A stretch of 64,000 nt of DNA from Candidatus Woesebacteria bacterium RBG_16_42_24. Its GTDB lineage: Bacteria; Patescibacteriota; Microgenomatia; UBA8517. Location of the stretch: assembly GCA_001792115.1 (NCBI GenBank), contig MGFX01000006.1:18537-82536 (forward strand), in the 5' to 3' direction. This document shows, piece after piece, positions 8,714 through 19,139 of this stretch; within the stretch, counting starts at the first letter, position 1, and every line of letters begins with the position of its first letter. The position numbers and the translations under genes were made by a program. The notes under the pieces were generated by a model, which saw nothing but the letters and a program-made list of their open reading frames with translations, was not told the origin of the DNA and ran no database searches.

Positions 8714-10222
8714 CTAGTCTGGTAAATCGTGATTGGATTCCCATTCTTCAAGAGATAATTTGTAGTCGTTAATCATTTTTTCCGCAATATCGAAATTAGA
8801 AAATAACAAATTGTTTTGTTCTTCCATATCTTGCGAAATATCATACAGCTCGAGAGGTTTATGAGTATCCTTTTCGGAGTTTAATATAAGTTTCCAATTT
8901 TTCCATACTATCGCCTTATTTTTGGCTCCATCGCCATTGATAATTAGTTGGCGATCTTCAAGTTGGTTGCCCTTAAGAACCTCTACCAGGCTTTTGCCTT
9001 GAAATTTATATTTTTCATTAATTCCGACTATATCTAATATTGTTGGGGGGAGATCAGTAAGTTGGACAGAATCGGACACTACTACTTTTTTCATGTCGGG
9101 AATGTACATGATAAAAGGAATCCGGATATTTGAATTGTATATAGTAATGTGGGTTATTTCTCCGTGTTCTGCAAACTCTTCACCGTGCTCGGCGCTAATT
9201 ATTAAAATTGTATTATTCTTTAGCGATTCGTCGTTGATAAATGAAATTAGTGCTTCTATGGCCGATTCGTCTAGTTCATGAATTCTTTGATCGTAGAGAG
9301 CTTTTATGTATTCAATATGTCTTTTGTTATTAACGTCAATTTTTTGGTTCCAGTTAAACCACTGTATATAACTCGAGAGTGAAGTCGCCAAGTCTGTATC
9401 TAGAACTTCCTGATAATACTGCTTAAGAGCCGGATAGTTGTTCTTATTTCTATCGATAAATTCCAAAAATTCCTTTAACTTGCCCGACTCCGTCCTTCCC
9501 GATTTAATATCCTGCGGTATTTGCACAGACAAATATTCAAAAAATTCTTCCGAGGGATTAGCTAAAACATCCCCAAACGTGTGCGGGATTTCCGGAACAT
9601 TATCTGAGGTATAAATCTTTGGTCTGTCTTCGGTTAAATAGGGGGCATGGACTGAATAATCATTAACATATAAAAAAGTCTTCTTACCAGCTTTGACATT
9701 TTCCTTAAATTCTTCGAATAGGTTCTTCCAGGGATATTCGTTTAAATACTTATCTATGCCACGATTAAGCGCGTTTTTGACAGGTATTGCAGGATTTTCT
9801 AAAGGTACTCCAAAAAGCGTTGTATAGCCGTTTTTCTGTAAAATCTGTGGCAGAAAAGGCGTGTTCCCATTTAAGACGTCATTATAGGTTATTACTTTAT
9901 GTGTTTCAGGATATAGTCCGGTAAATTCGGAGACCGACGAAGGTAGAGTCCAAAACGAGTTTGAGTACGCATTAGCGAAACGGATATTCTCTTGCGCAAA
10001 CTTGCAGAGGTTGGGCGCAGTATTCCTGGGGTAGCCGTAGCAAGGCAGGTGTTTTGCGCTTAAAGTATCCAAAGAAATCCATACGATATTACAATCTTTG
10101 CATAAAGGGTTTTGTTTTTTTATCTGTCTTAAAATAAATGAGCCGGCAAAATAGGAAGCAAGCAATATGCATCCTAAAATAAAGAAAGGTTTGATTATTT
10201 TTTTAAAGCGTATGATACTCAC
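8714..10222 (-). CDS. sulfatase-like hydrolase/transferase (alkaline-phosphatase superfamily, LTA-synthase-like)
   Basis: N-terminal transmembrane helix; WISLDTLSAKHLPCYGY metal-site-like block; AEHGEEFAEHGE... near the C-terminus. Confidence 0.65.
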   Translation of the reverse strand: MSIIRFKKIIKPFFILGCILLASYFAGSFILRQIKKQNPLCKDCNIVWISLDTLSAKHLPCYGYPRNTAPNLCKFAQENIRFANAYSNSFWTLPSSVSEFTGLYPETHKVITYNDVLNGNTPFLPQILQKNGYTTLFGVPLENPAIPVKNALNRGIDKYLNEYPWKNLFEEFKENVKAGKKTFLYVNDYSVHAPYLTEDRPKIYTSDNVPEIPHTFGDVLANPSEEFFEYLSVQIPQDIKSGRTESGKLKEFLEFIDRNKNNYPALKQYYQEVLDTDLATSLSSYIQWFNWNQKIDVNNKRHIEYIKALYDQRIHELDESAIEALISFINDESLKNNTILIISAEHGEEFAEHGEITHITIYNSNIRIPFIMYIPDMKKVVVSDSVQLTDLPPTILDIVGINEKYKFQGKSLVEVLKGNQLEDRQLIINGDGAKNKAIVWKNWKLILNSEKDTHKPLELYDISQDMEEQNNLLFSNFDIAEKMINDYKLSLEEWESNHDLPD

Positions 10223-10228
10223 ATTAGT

Positions 10229-10852
10229 ATGAGAAAAAGCGGGAAAATAATGGTCCTTTTGATTTTGATAGTAATCGGTTTAGTCTACTTTACCATAAAA
10301 AACTCAGCCTGTTTTGAGCTGGATTGTATTTACTTTCCGGGAAAAGAGAACTGGAAACTTGTGGAGATCTATGAAAATTCTGAAAAAGCATGGAAAGGTC
10401 TTTTTGGAATTGAAGACGGATATGTAAGAGTCGAAAAAAAGGTTGTCGATTCTTCCCAATACGCAGGGGAATTTACGAATACACGCCTTATGCAGGTGCA
10501 AAGTATTTTTGATAAGGCCCGCTCTCCTTATCCTGGTGCAATTTCAGATGAAATCGAATGCCAAGAAAAGTTTAAACCAGTTGAAAAAGAAATAACCACC
10601 AGTAGAGGAATGACACTAACCTACTATCGCGAATATCTTAATAATCGCCTTGCCATAGGGACGTGTTTAGACGAAGATGTCGAATATGTAGGATATGTAG
10701 CAATATTTTATTGTTCTGAATCCTCCGAGTGGTATCAGATGGAAATAATAAAGCCGTCTGAAAAAAGGGGATTGGAAGAAGATTATATTTCTCTTTTTAA
10801 AGAGATTAGATGTCAACGACCGTTCTCGAAAATGGGTAAGCTTTTACCCTGA
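10229..10852 (+). CDS. hypothetical membrane-anchored protein
   Basis: N-terminal hydrophobic helix; no recognisable motif. Confidence 0.4.
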   Translation: MRKSGKIMVLLILIVIGLVYFTIKNSACFELDCIYFPGKENWKLVEIYENSEKAWKGLFGIEDGYVRVEKKVVDSSQYAGEFTNTRLMQVQSIFDKARSPYPGAISDEIECQEKFKPVEKEITTSRGMTLTYYREYLNNRLAIGTCLDEDVEYVGYVAIFYCSESSEWYQMEIIKPSEKRGLEEDYISLFKEIRCQRPFSKMGKLLP

Positions 10853-12831
10853 ACAAATTCCGGTGATTCAACTTTTAAAGCTTTCATGATAGTGGGGTAT
10901 TGGTCAATGAGGGGGAATGGTTTGTCCCCAATATAGAAATTCTTTTTTACTCCGGGTCCGGAAATTATAAAAGGCGTCCACATTCCGGGTACTTCTTCGG
11001 CGTAAATAGCCTGTTTATAACCTGAAACATTGGGTTCTGAGAATATTCTTAAATCCTTTGACATTTCTTCATTCCACCCGTAACCAGGAGAATTTGCTAT
11101 GACCAGGTCTCCGGTTCTTTCCTGGTCCAATCTCAGGAAGTTTTTTGCATCTTCCCATTTGACTATGTCGACAACAGGTTGTACCCCGTTTTCATCCTGC
11201 AACTCTCTTAATGTCGAAATGACCTCATTTCTAAGTTTTTCATAGTCTGGACCGCTGGCTCTAATATAGTTACCATCAAGTCCCCCGGGATTGATATAAA
11301 CGTGAGCCATTTTCAGATAAATTACTTTTGTATTCTTCCAGTCGATAATGGGCTCTCCGGTGTTAGAATCTATTTTAAATTTAAGCCAGCCTTTTTGCGC
11401 AAAAAGATTGTTTAAATTAACACTTCTGTTTAATGGAACGGCTCCGTGGTCTGAAGAAAAAACGATGTAAGTATTTTTATCGGAATTCTTTAAAATTTCA
11501 CCAACTATTGCATCAAGTTTAATATACATATCCTTAACTTCTTCCCAAAGTATCTCTCTTTCCTCGTCTGAAATATTATTGTAGTTTGTGCTTTGGGGAT
11601 CGATGTATCCCATCCACCATTTGCTGGTTAACATTTGATTTGGCGAATATATGTCGTGGATCACTATATCGGGAGAGAAGTTGTCAACCAGTGCGCCCAC
11701 AGCCTTTTTGTGCCACTCAAAAGACATGTCCATTTCGTCAATAAACGTATTTTTGTCCTCCGGATAATAAATAAGTTGTGCCGGGAAATTATCTACAAAG
11801 TCAACCATTGGACCGGCCGAAGCTATCATCTTGTCGGCAGCCTCCTCGGGAAATGCAATATATTTGTTTATATTGTTATATAAAAATCTGAATCTGAAAA
11901 ATTTATCCTCTCCGAGTTTGATTACGGTTGGTTTAAAGAAGGTCGGAACGTCGGTTGTCTTGTCTTCAGTTTTCCATTTCAAGACAATCGGGCTCCAATC
12001 GCCCCATTCGCCCTGAGATAAGTCGGCCAGCGCGGTTTTCTTATCAAGAGAAAAGATTACTTTATCGAAATTCTCCTTGCCGTCGTCTGTGTTGTCGTAA
12101 ACATACGCATATACGTCGGTACCCCAACCCGTCATCTTAACCTCATAAGGATCACTATATGAAGTTGGTGGATTTTGCCATCCGCTGGGGGAGCCGTCGT
12201 CGACATATTCGGTTAGCTGTGGACCAAAAAAGAAAAGTCTTGTGGCCCGGCCCTGTTTTATTCTTTGGGCGAGGTTTCCTTTTTGTTCAAAATTAATTGC
12301 TGAAAAATCAGCGCCCCAACCGCCCCACCTGCCCCTTAACACAGTACCTTTATTAACCTCTGGCGGTGTTGATCCGGGTATGGACAACATGGCGACTTTG
12401 TAGCCTTCCTCCTCTAAGGTTTTCCAAATGGGGGCTACTTTTTTTGCGGTTGAGCGAAATCCCGGAACTGCAACTTTGTCGAGCGGTTTGCCTAGCGACC
12501 TCATTGGGCCGTCAACAACGCCGTTGACTTCAGGATAAGAACCGGTCAGAAGTGCTGCAAAGTTGGTCGGAGTATGACTCGGAAAATTTGGGAAAGAGTA
12601 GCCGTAGGAACCAGTGTCCATCAATTTTTTTATATTGGGGAGCTTTCCCTCGCTTGCCCAGTTATAGATATTAAAAAGATGGGGTTCTGCCCTGACTCCG
12701 TCGGGGATAAACCAGTATAAGGTCATTTTATTGCCCCAAGGGTTAAATATGCTGTTTTTTTTAAATGTCGCTATGAGAAATACAGAAATTAATATCAGGG
12801 GCAGTAGTAGAATCGGATATTTCAGTTTCAT
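10813..12831 (-). CDS. alkaline phosphatase-family protein (type I phosphodiesterase/nucleotide pyrophosphatase-like)
   Basis: N-terminal signal/transmembrane region; blocks WFIPDGVRAE, GSYGYSF...SHTPTNFAALLTGSYP, and SSDHG are typical of the AP superfamily. Confidence 0.6.
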   Translation of the reverse strand: MKLKYPILLLPLILISVFLIATFKKNSIFNPWGNKMTLYWFIPDGVRAEPHLFNIYNWASEGKLPNIKKLMDTGSYGYSFPNFPSHTPTNFAALLTGSYPEVNGVVDGPMRSLGKPLDKVAVPGFRSTAKKVAPIWKTLEEEGYKVAMLSIPGSTPPEVNKGTVLRGRWGGWGADFSAINFEQKGNLAQRIKQGRATRLFFFGPQLTEYVDDGSPSGWQNPPTSYSDPYEVKMTGWGTDVYAYVYDNTDDGKENFDKVIFSLDKKTALADLSQGEWGDWSPIVLKWKTEDKTTDVPTFFKPTVIKLGEDKFFRFRFLYNNINKYIAFPEEAADKMIASAGPMVDFVDNFPAQLIYYPEDKNTFIDEMDMSFEWHKKAVGALVDNFSPDIVIHDIYSPNQMLTSKWWMGYIDPQSTNYNNISDEEREILWEEVKDMYIKLDAIVGEILKNSDKNTYIVFSSDHGAVPLNRSVNLNNLFAQKGWLKFKIDSNTGEPIIDWKNTKVIYLKMAHVYINPGGLDGNYIRASGPDYEKLRNEVISTLRELQDENGVQPVVDIVKWEDAKNFLRLDQERTGDLVIANSPGYGWNEEMSKDLRIFSEPNVSGYKQAIYAEEVPGMWTPFIISGPGVKKNFYIGDKPFPLIDQYPTIMKALKVESPEFVQGKSLPIFENGR

Positions 12832-12976
12832 GAATACTCTTAAATTGTATCCTAACCCTTGTGTACTACTTATTGATTATCTTGCCAGGAGCCCATGCTG
12901 CCTTACAGCACTGGTAAGAGTATATTGCAATGAGGTATATTTTACAATGATTCTGTTCAAATAGTGTCTGCAATGT

Positions 12977-13924
12977 ATGCCTAAAAAACATTCGTGCCCC
13001 CTCTGTAGAGGTGTAAAAAATAAATTTATTGAAAGAATTTCGTTAGACGATCTCTCCTTTTTGTACGAGAAACAATTGGGGAGTAGTGCGCGGCCTCTTT
13101 TTACAAAATCTGTATTTAATTACCTAAAACTTCTTAAATGTGGAAGGTGTGGCCTAAAATATTTTCAGCCAAGTCTTAGAAGTTCAAGACAGATTGATTA
13201 TCTACTGGAAACCAAAGACTGGTATTTTCTGGACAATAAAGAAGAATTTATCCAAGCGATAGAAAATATTGCTCCCAAAAGTAAGGTGTTAGAAATTGGT
13301 GCCGGAAATGGAAATTTTGCATCAAAATTGGCCAGTCGTTATTACAGGGGTTTGGAAAAAAGCCGCTCCGCCAGGGAAATCGCAAGTTCGAAAGGCATAA
13401 AACTACTCGGGGAGAGTTTATTTGAACACTCCAAAAAGAATAAAAATATGTATGATGCCATCTGTATGTTTCAAGTACTTGAACATATATCTAATCCCAA
13501 CGCTTTTTTGAAATCGGCTTTAAGGTGCCTAAAGGCTAATGGAAAACTTATTATATCTGTTCCAAACGACGATTCTTTTGTAGGAGTGGTACTTAATCAC
13601 GAATTGAACTTTCCCCCTGTTCATAAAACACGTTGGAATAGAGAGGTTTTCGATTTTATTGCAAAAAAATTTGGACTAAATATTGAGAAGCTATATTTAG
13701 AGAAACTCAGAGACGAACACCTTGAATGGTATTTAGAGACTTTATTTGTTAATAACCTAAACATCCTTCTTAAGAGGAAATCTCGGTTAATCGATTTATC
13801 ATGGCAAGCCAATATTTTGGTTAAAGTAGCTAAGATTTTCGCTAGATTTCTTGCAAAAGGCATTTCCCTTAAAAATATGAGGCCCACAGGAGCGTCTTTG
13901 ACGGTGGTAATGGGAAAGAACTAA
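12977..13924 (+). CDS. class I SAM-dependent methyltransferase with an N-terminal zinc ribbon
   Basis: CPLC...CGRCG zinc ribbon; motif I VLEIGAGNGNF; motif ICMFQVLEH. Confidence 0.6.
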   Translation: MPKKHSCPLCRGVKNKFIERISLDDLSFLYEKQLGSSARPLFTKSVFNYLKLLKCGRCGLKYFQPSLRSSRQIDYLLETKDWYFLDNKEEFIQAIENIAPKSKVLEIGAGNGNFASKLASRYYRGLEKSRSAREIASSKGIKLLGESLFEHSKKNKNMYDAICMFQVLEHISNPNAFLKSALRCLKANGKLIISVPNDDSFVGVVLNHELNFPPVHKTRWNREVFDFIAKKFGLNIEKLYLEKLRDEHLEWYLETLFVNNLNILLKRKSRLIDLSWQANILVKVAKIFARFLAKGISLKNMRPTGASLTVVMGKN

Positions 13925-13928
13925 ATGT

Positions 13929-14795
13929 TTAGGTATAAAGATTTAAGCCGGGTTTTATAATTGGGAGTTTGTGCATTTTTGCCAACAGGTCCTCGTAAAT
14001 ATTTTCATCTTGACGTAACTTTTTGTTGTTTTTTAACCTCGTATAACTTTCATTAATATCTAAATTTTTTGCCGGTGCCAAAAAAAGAATTAGCTGAGTT
14101 TTGGACCCTTTTTCTTGAAAGTCAGAGAAGGTGTAAACCTTTGGGAAAAATTTATTCAAAGAAGCCAGACACCTGCGTTCAAAAACCAGGTCTTGCCCTT
14201 TTAATTTTCCTATGACGATATATATCAGCAGGCCATTTTTATTAAGGAGACTGTGGAGTTTTTTAAATGTTCTTAGAGTGCAAAAGGGATACATATCTTT
14301 TGTCGAAAGTCCACGTTTGCGGGTCAGCCCGATATCCGAATAAATTATGTCGTATTTCTTTTTGGTGTCTTTCAAAAAGAGAGTAGCGTCTTGGTGGAAA
14401 ATTCTATAATTTTTGTTCTTCGGCAAGCCGAAATACTTTTCGGCTAATTTTGTATTTAGTTCGTCGCGCTCTACAACGTCGATATAATCGGGTTTATAGT
14501 TCCTCCAAACATATGAGGGAACAGCATTAGGTCCACCCCCTAGAAAAAGGAGAGATCTTGGTTTCGGATTTACTATGTCCGCCAAAAAGTAGGGCGAGTA
14601 TAAAGGGAAATTATTTCTTGTATCGATACCGGCAACAAAAAGACGATTACTCGCATACATGACCCTCTGGTGACTTATCGGTTTTTCTACAACCGTAATT
14701 TTTCTGAAATTCGATTTTCCCTGAAATAATATAATTTCATCCGAGCCCGCGAAGTTTTTTTTGATTAAGTTTTTGATTAATGAATAAGGTTTCAT
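13929..14795 (-). CDS. spermidine-synthase-like (polyamine aminopropyltransferase fold) protein
   Basis: LFLGGGPNAVPSYVWRNYKPDYIDVVERDELNTKLAEKYFGL...YDIIYSD has a spermidine-synthase-like topology. Confidence 0.5.
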   Translation of the reverse strand: MKPYSLIKNLIKKNFAGSDEIILFQGKSNFRKITVVEKPISHQRVMYASNRLFVAGIDTRNNFPLYSPYFLADIVNPKPRSLLFLGGGPNAVPSYVWRNYKPDYIDVVERDELNTKLAEKYFGLPKNKNYRIFHQDATLFLKDTKKKYDIIYSDIGLTRKRGLSTKDMYPFCTLRTFKKLHSLLNKNGLLIYIVIGKLKGQDLVFERRCLASLNKFFPKVYTFSDFQEKGSKTQLILFLAPAKNLDINESYTRLKNNKKLRQDENIYEDLLAKMHKLPIIKPGLNLYT

Positions 14796-14874
14796 TTTTC
14801 AATTATCTTAATTCTTTTCGAATGTAAACTTGGCAAGAGGTAAGTAAAGCTTTTTGCCAGAAACGGGAGAAATA

Positions 14875-16197
14875 TCATGTTTTAATACCTCTAAGTTTCG
14901 CGTAAATTGCCTTAGGAGTTTTTCTCAAAGTATATTTAAAAGTTCTGTTAACTTCGTCTTGAAATTTTTTTGCTTCCTTGTGACTGCCGGCGGTGATTTG
15001 GTAATAAACTAAAGATGAGGGTAAATCGTATTTAGGAAAAATCGTACTGCCCTTTTTTACATGCCAATATAACTTAAAATATTTTTTCTTTTTTAATTCC
15101 ATAAGACCTGAAATGTCTGTAACTTCACCCCAGTTGTAATCAAAAACCGATTTGTGGATGATGACATTGTTTTTTGAAATTTTCGGAACTTTTACTTTTT
15201 TGCCGAGACAGATGTCTAAATACATATCTATCATGTCTACTTTGTATGCGTTTTTGTAGGCCAGGGTCATATTCCCTCCGGGCGGTCTTGCCGCAATTTC
15301 CAGAAGAACCGGACCCTTCTTTGTTAATTTGTATTCGGAGTGAAAAGCGCAGTTATCAAGTTCTAAGACTTTAATAATTTTTTTTGCTTCTCTAAAACAT
15401 AAGTTTTTAGTTTTTGTATTATAATCTGCCGGGATAGTGACCGATTCTTGTATAAAATGGGGTAGAGGACTCATCTCGAATTTTGTTATTCCCCAGAAAA
15501 TGATTTTATTTTGCTGCACAAGACCGTCAACACTTACAACATCTCCCTTAATGTACTGCTCAATAAGAAAATCATTTTTGTAAAGGTTGTAATAATTCAT
15601 CCATTCGTCAATACTTGCCTTAATTTGGTCTTTGGATTTGTTTAAAACGGAGAGAAAGTTCGGTTTATTGAGAGTTTTGATATAGGAAATGCCGTAAGAA
15701 TGGCCGGATTTTACGGGTTTCAGGATTGCGGGAACGCCTACTTTTTTGAGTTCTCTATAACCTTTTGCCGGGGTCGAAAAATAACCAAATTTCGGTATAT
15801 TTATGTGATTATGCATACAATATAGTTTCATCAATAACTTATTTCCAGAGGTGCGGCGGGCAACCGAAGGAAGTAAAAATTTAAAACCCAGGGCGTATGC
15901 CAAGTCCGCTGTTTGAATTACGTTCATTTCGAAGAAGGTTGTAATGGCATCAAAATTGACCCCTCTTTTTTCAATGAAGACTAAAGTGTCAATAATTAAC
16001 CTTTCTGAGTCATAAGTGTTTGTTGTAATAATGTGGTCATATTCTACATAGCGCTTAATCCAGTCGGGGTAATTTTCACCGGTAGCAAGAAATAATTCGA
16101 GATTTTTCTTTTTGGCAATGCTGAAGGCATAGTCCGAACTCTGTGTGCCCCAATTTACGATTAAGATTTTATTCCTTTTCATTATCGACAGATTCAA
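14875..16197 (-). CDS. ATP-grasp domain carboxylate-amine ligase
   Basis: ATP-grasp signatures: ...GVPAILKPVKSGHSYGI..., EQYIKGDVVSVDGL, LLEIAARPPGG. Confidence 0.6.
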   Translation of the reverse strand: MNLSIMKRNKILIVNWGTQSSDYAFSIAKKKNLELFLATGENYPDWIKRYVEYDHIITTNTYDSERLIIDTLVFIEKRGVNFDAITTFFEMNVIQTADLAYALGFKFLLPSVARRTSGNKLLMKLYCMHNHINIPKFGYFSTPAKGYRELKKVGVPAILKPVKSGHSYGISYIKTLNKPNFLSVLNKSKDQIKASIDEWMNYYNLYKNDFLIEQYIKGDVVSVDGLVQQNKIIFWGITKFEMSPLPHFIQESVTIPADYNTKTKNLCFREAKKIIKVLELDNCAFHSEYKLTKKGPVLLEIAARPPGGNMTLAYKNAYKVDMIDMYLDICLGKKVKVPKISKNNVIIHKSVFDYNWGEVTDISGLMELKKKKYFKLYWHVKKGSTIFPKYDLPSSLVYYQITAGSHKEAKKFQDEVNRTFKYTLRKTPKAIYAKLRGIKT

Positions 16198-17470
16198 ATT
16201 TTTTTAAGAGCAAGTCCGCCTGATATTTATTAAAATCAGGAAAAAAATAAATTTTAACGAAACAAATAGGATTTTTCGATAAGTTTTTTACAATCATTTT
16301 ATTGCAGCTTATGGGGAAGTTTTGCTGAAGCGCAAGAAGATAGGGAAACTTATTTTTATTTACAATAAGCATTAAAGAAAGGCTGTGAGGAGGGGAGATT
16401 GCTTCTAAAACTAGTCCACATTTTTTTACTTTATCGGCAAAGTATGAACGGACACTTTGGCTATCATTCACTATTTTTTTAATACCTTCTTTACCCAGAC
16501 TTTGGATGGCGGCCCATAAAGCCAGCCCCGGAAGGCTACTACGGGATTCAGCAAATCCCGCACTGAGCCGTTCATTATTAAAAATTAAGTTCTTTCTAAA
16601 TAAAATTACCCCTGAAGGATAAGGGGCAAAAAAAAGTTTATGGGCATCTAAAACCACCGCTTGGACGTATTTACTGTCAAAAGGCAGGAATTTATCCGTT
16701 ATCGGTCTGGTTAAACCTTCAAAAGCCGCGTCAAACCAAATATAAAATTTAAGCTGTTTATATTTTTTGCTAAGTAAATTTACGAGTTTTAAAACCTTCA
16801 AATAATCGTCACTCGTTCCGGTTATTTTGTAACCCAATGTCAGGGGTAACAGAATTCCAAGTTGTTTACCCTTTGCCAATCGCAAGACCATTTTTGTAAG
16901 AAGTTCGATCGAAATACCGTAGTTTTTGTCAAGGCCAACATTGGTCGTAGGTATTTCCATAAGATAGGCTGATTTATCAATGGAGTCGTGCGTAATGGCA
17001 GTCTTTAAAATGAGGATATTTCTTATTTGTTGGTTTTCGAAAAAGGCTTTTCCAAGGGAAATCGCATAGGCATTACCTTCGCTTGCCCCCGACAATATCA
17101 TGCCGGAAACGGCCTTAGATTCTGCCCTATATAAACTGGCCAATTTTCTAATCGCCAAGCGCTCAAAAGTATCTAGTCCAGAACTTTTGCCACTTTTAAC
17201 AAACTCCCCGAAGTGGAAATGGTTATATTTTATGAATTTTTTCCATGCGTAGGTTGACAGCCAATTTGCAGGTTTGACAAAAGGTCCGAAAATTGCCCCC
17301 CTTTTATTAAATAGAAAGAGGTTGACGAAGTTTAGATACAACAATGTTTTATATCCCTGTGGTTTATTGGGAAATCGAAAGGGATCGATATTAAAATACT
17401 TTAAGTACTTTTCGAAAAAATTCCCTCTCATGTTTTTTGTATAATCCCGAGGCCAGAAGGGGTTCCCCAC
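16169..17470 (-). CDS. PLP-dependent decarboxylase (group II, fold-type I)
   Basis: GMILSGASEGNAYAI (compare SGGTESN) and LDAHKLFFAPYPSG (DxHK lysine motif). Confidence 0.55.
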   Translation of the reverse strand: MGNPFWPRDYTKNMRGNFFEKYLKYFNIDPFRFPNKPQGYKTLLYLNFVNLFLFNKRGAIFGPFVKPANWLSTYAWKKFIKYNHFHFGEFVKSGKSSGLDTFERLAIRKLASLYRAESKAVSGMILSGASEGNAYAISLGKAFFENQQIRNILILKTAITHDSIDKSAYLMEIPTTNVGLDKNYGISIELLTKMVLRLAKGKQLGILLPLTLGYKITGTSDDYLKVLKLVNLLSKKYKQLKFYIWFDAAFEGLTRPITDKFLPFDSKYVQAVVLDAHKLFFAPYPSGVILFRKNLIFNNERLSAGFAESRSSLPGLALWAAIQSLGKEGIKKIVNDSQSVRSYFADKVKKCGLVLEAISPPHSLSLMLIVNKNKFPYLLALQQNFPISCNKMIVKNLSKNPICFVKIYFFPDFNKYQADLLLKKFESVDNEKE

Positions 17471-18132
17471 GGAATTGTATATGGAACCGTAATTTTGTTT
17501 TTATTTTTAAGTTCTTTCCAAAATTTCCAAACACCAAACTTTAATTTTTCCGGATGTTTTTTAAGTATTACATCGTGGAATAGCATTAGGCCGCCCTTCT
17601 CAAGTCTCGGCCAAAAAAGGCTAAAGTCATTTTTTATTCCCTTGTAAGAATGATCGGCGTCGAGATAAATATATTGCCATTTTTTTTGGGTCCCCATTTT
17701 TTGAAAGTCGGCAGATGTCATTACGTAAGTGTCCAACCAGCGGTGTAAATCATAAAATCCAAAGTGTTTTTCGGGATTAACTTTTTTCCAGAATCCAGTG
17801 CCGCCCCAGCTGTTCGGGTTGTTTTTATCAAATCCAGCATCTACGAAGTCAACGTGCCCGGTTTTATTATTCTTGCAGGCAAGGGCGCAAATTGCCGGAA
17901 TAAATCCCTGTCCTGAACCGATACATAAAACATTTTTGGGCTTAAAATTTGTTATGAGTGCGTAGTGTAGAAAACCATAGCCCAAATCATTTTTCTTACC
18001 GAGGTCTAAGTTGTGGCCAGTGCTGCCTCCATAGTGTGTGATTAAATTTGTGACGACCCTACTAGATATAAGACTTCTCCTTTTTTCTTTTAACCTTAGA
18101 ATTGTCTCTAAGAAATTTCTTTGCAAACTCAT
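17428..18132 (-). CDS. class I SAM-dependent methyltransferase (CmcI/TylF-like)
   Basis: CIGSGQGF, IYLDADHSY and LMLFHD blocks. Confidence 0.55.
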   Translation of the reverse strand: MSLQRNFLETILRLKEKRRSLISSRVVTNLITHYGGSTGHNLDLGKKNDLGYGFLHYALITNFKPKNVLCIGSGQGFIPAICALACKNNKTGHVDFVDAGFDKNNPNSWGGTGFWKKVNPEKHFGFYDLHRWLDTYVMTSADFQKMGTQKKWQYIYLDADHSYKGIKNDFSLFWPRLEKGGLMLFHDVILKKHPEKLKFGVWKFWKELKNKNKITVPYTIPWGTPSGLGIIQKT

Positions 18133-18344
18133 AGCTATAAAAGAGTAAACGAAATTCTATGGAAGAAACGTTTATAGATTATAGCAAATGTCAAAAACTA
18201 CTGGGTGGATAGCCCCCGTGCTTTGGACCAAGAGGGTGAATTGGGTTTCGATTTATCATAGAATTTGGGGAAAACCGCGGTTTTTGGGTTTATGGTGGAT
18301 GAAAGAATAAACAAGGTATAAAATGCGATAAAATTCAACCGCAT

Positions 18345-19097
18345 ATGAACAAGCAATATTTTGAATTTATATTCGCAATGACCGAGAGGGAGTTTAAAAC
18401 TCGATATAAAAGGGCAATATTCGGATTTATATGGGTTTTAATAAATCCGATCTTGCAAATGCTGATTATAGGGATAATTTTTTCATACTTCATCGACATT
18501 CCCAACTACTTCATTTTTCTATTCTCGGGCTTGATGCCTTGGAATTTTATAACAGCCACAATGACCCGGGGGACGCCAAGTTTTGTAAGCGAAAGGCTTC
18601 TTATAAAAAAGGCGAAATTTCCGCTTGAGGCTATTCCCTTATCGGTAATATTTTCCAACTTTATACATCTGGGAGTGTCGGTTTTTCTTTTTTTAGGGGT
18701 TCTGGTAGTTTTGGGCGGGGGGGGAAATATTAGTCTTGTATTTCTTTTTCTGTCCTTAATTTGGCTCTTGTTATTGAGTTCTGGCTTGGTGTTTTTTACG
18801 TCGACCCTCCATGTTAAATTTCGAGATATAAATTTTATTACACAGGCATTTCTGATAGTACTCTTTTATGCAACGCCGATATTGTATGACCTCAGTCTTA
18901 TCCCGGAAAGGCTCTGGTTTATCTTTTACTTGAATCCTTTAACTTCTATCGTAATGCTTTTCCAGTGCTCGTTTACCGGGCAATGTAGACTTAATCCAAA
19001 TATTGTGGGAGTGAATATTCTTATCGGAATAATTGTAGTTTTGTGTGGAGTTATCGTGTTCAGGAAAAACAAGCGCAACTTGGTTGATTGGCTATAA
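18345..19097 (+). CDS. ABC-2 type polysaccharide/teichoic-acid exporter permease (Wzm/TagG-like)
   Basis: Six hydrophobic segments; N-terminus EFKTRYKRAIFGFIWVLINP is the ABC-2 signature. Confidence 0.8.
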   Translation: MNKQYFEFIFAMTEREFKTRYKRAIFGFIWVLINPILQMLIIGIIFSYFIDIPNYFIFLFSGLMPWNFITATMTRGTPSFVSERLLIKKAKFPLEAIPLSVIFSNFIHLGVSVFLFLGVLVVLGGGGNISLVFLFLSLIWLLLLSSGLVFFTSTLHVKFRDINFITQAFLIVLFYATPILYDLSLIPERLWFIFYLNPLTSIVMLFQCSFTGQCRLNPNIVGVNILIGIIVVLCGVIVFRKNKRNLVDWL

Positions 19098-19139
19098 GGA
19101 TTTTAAACACGAAAAACCAGAAAAAAGCCAATAATAAGT

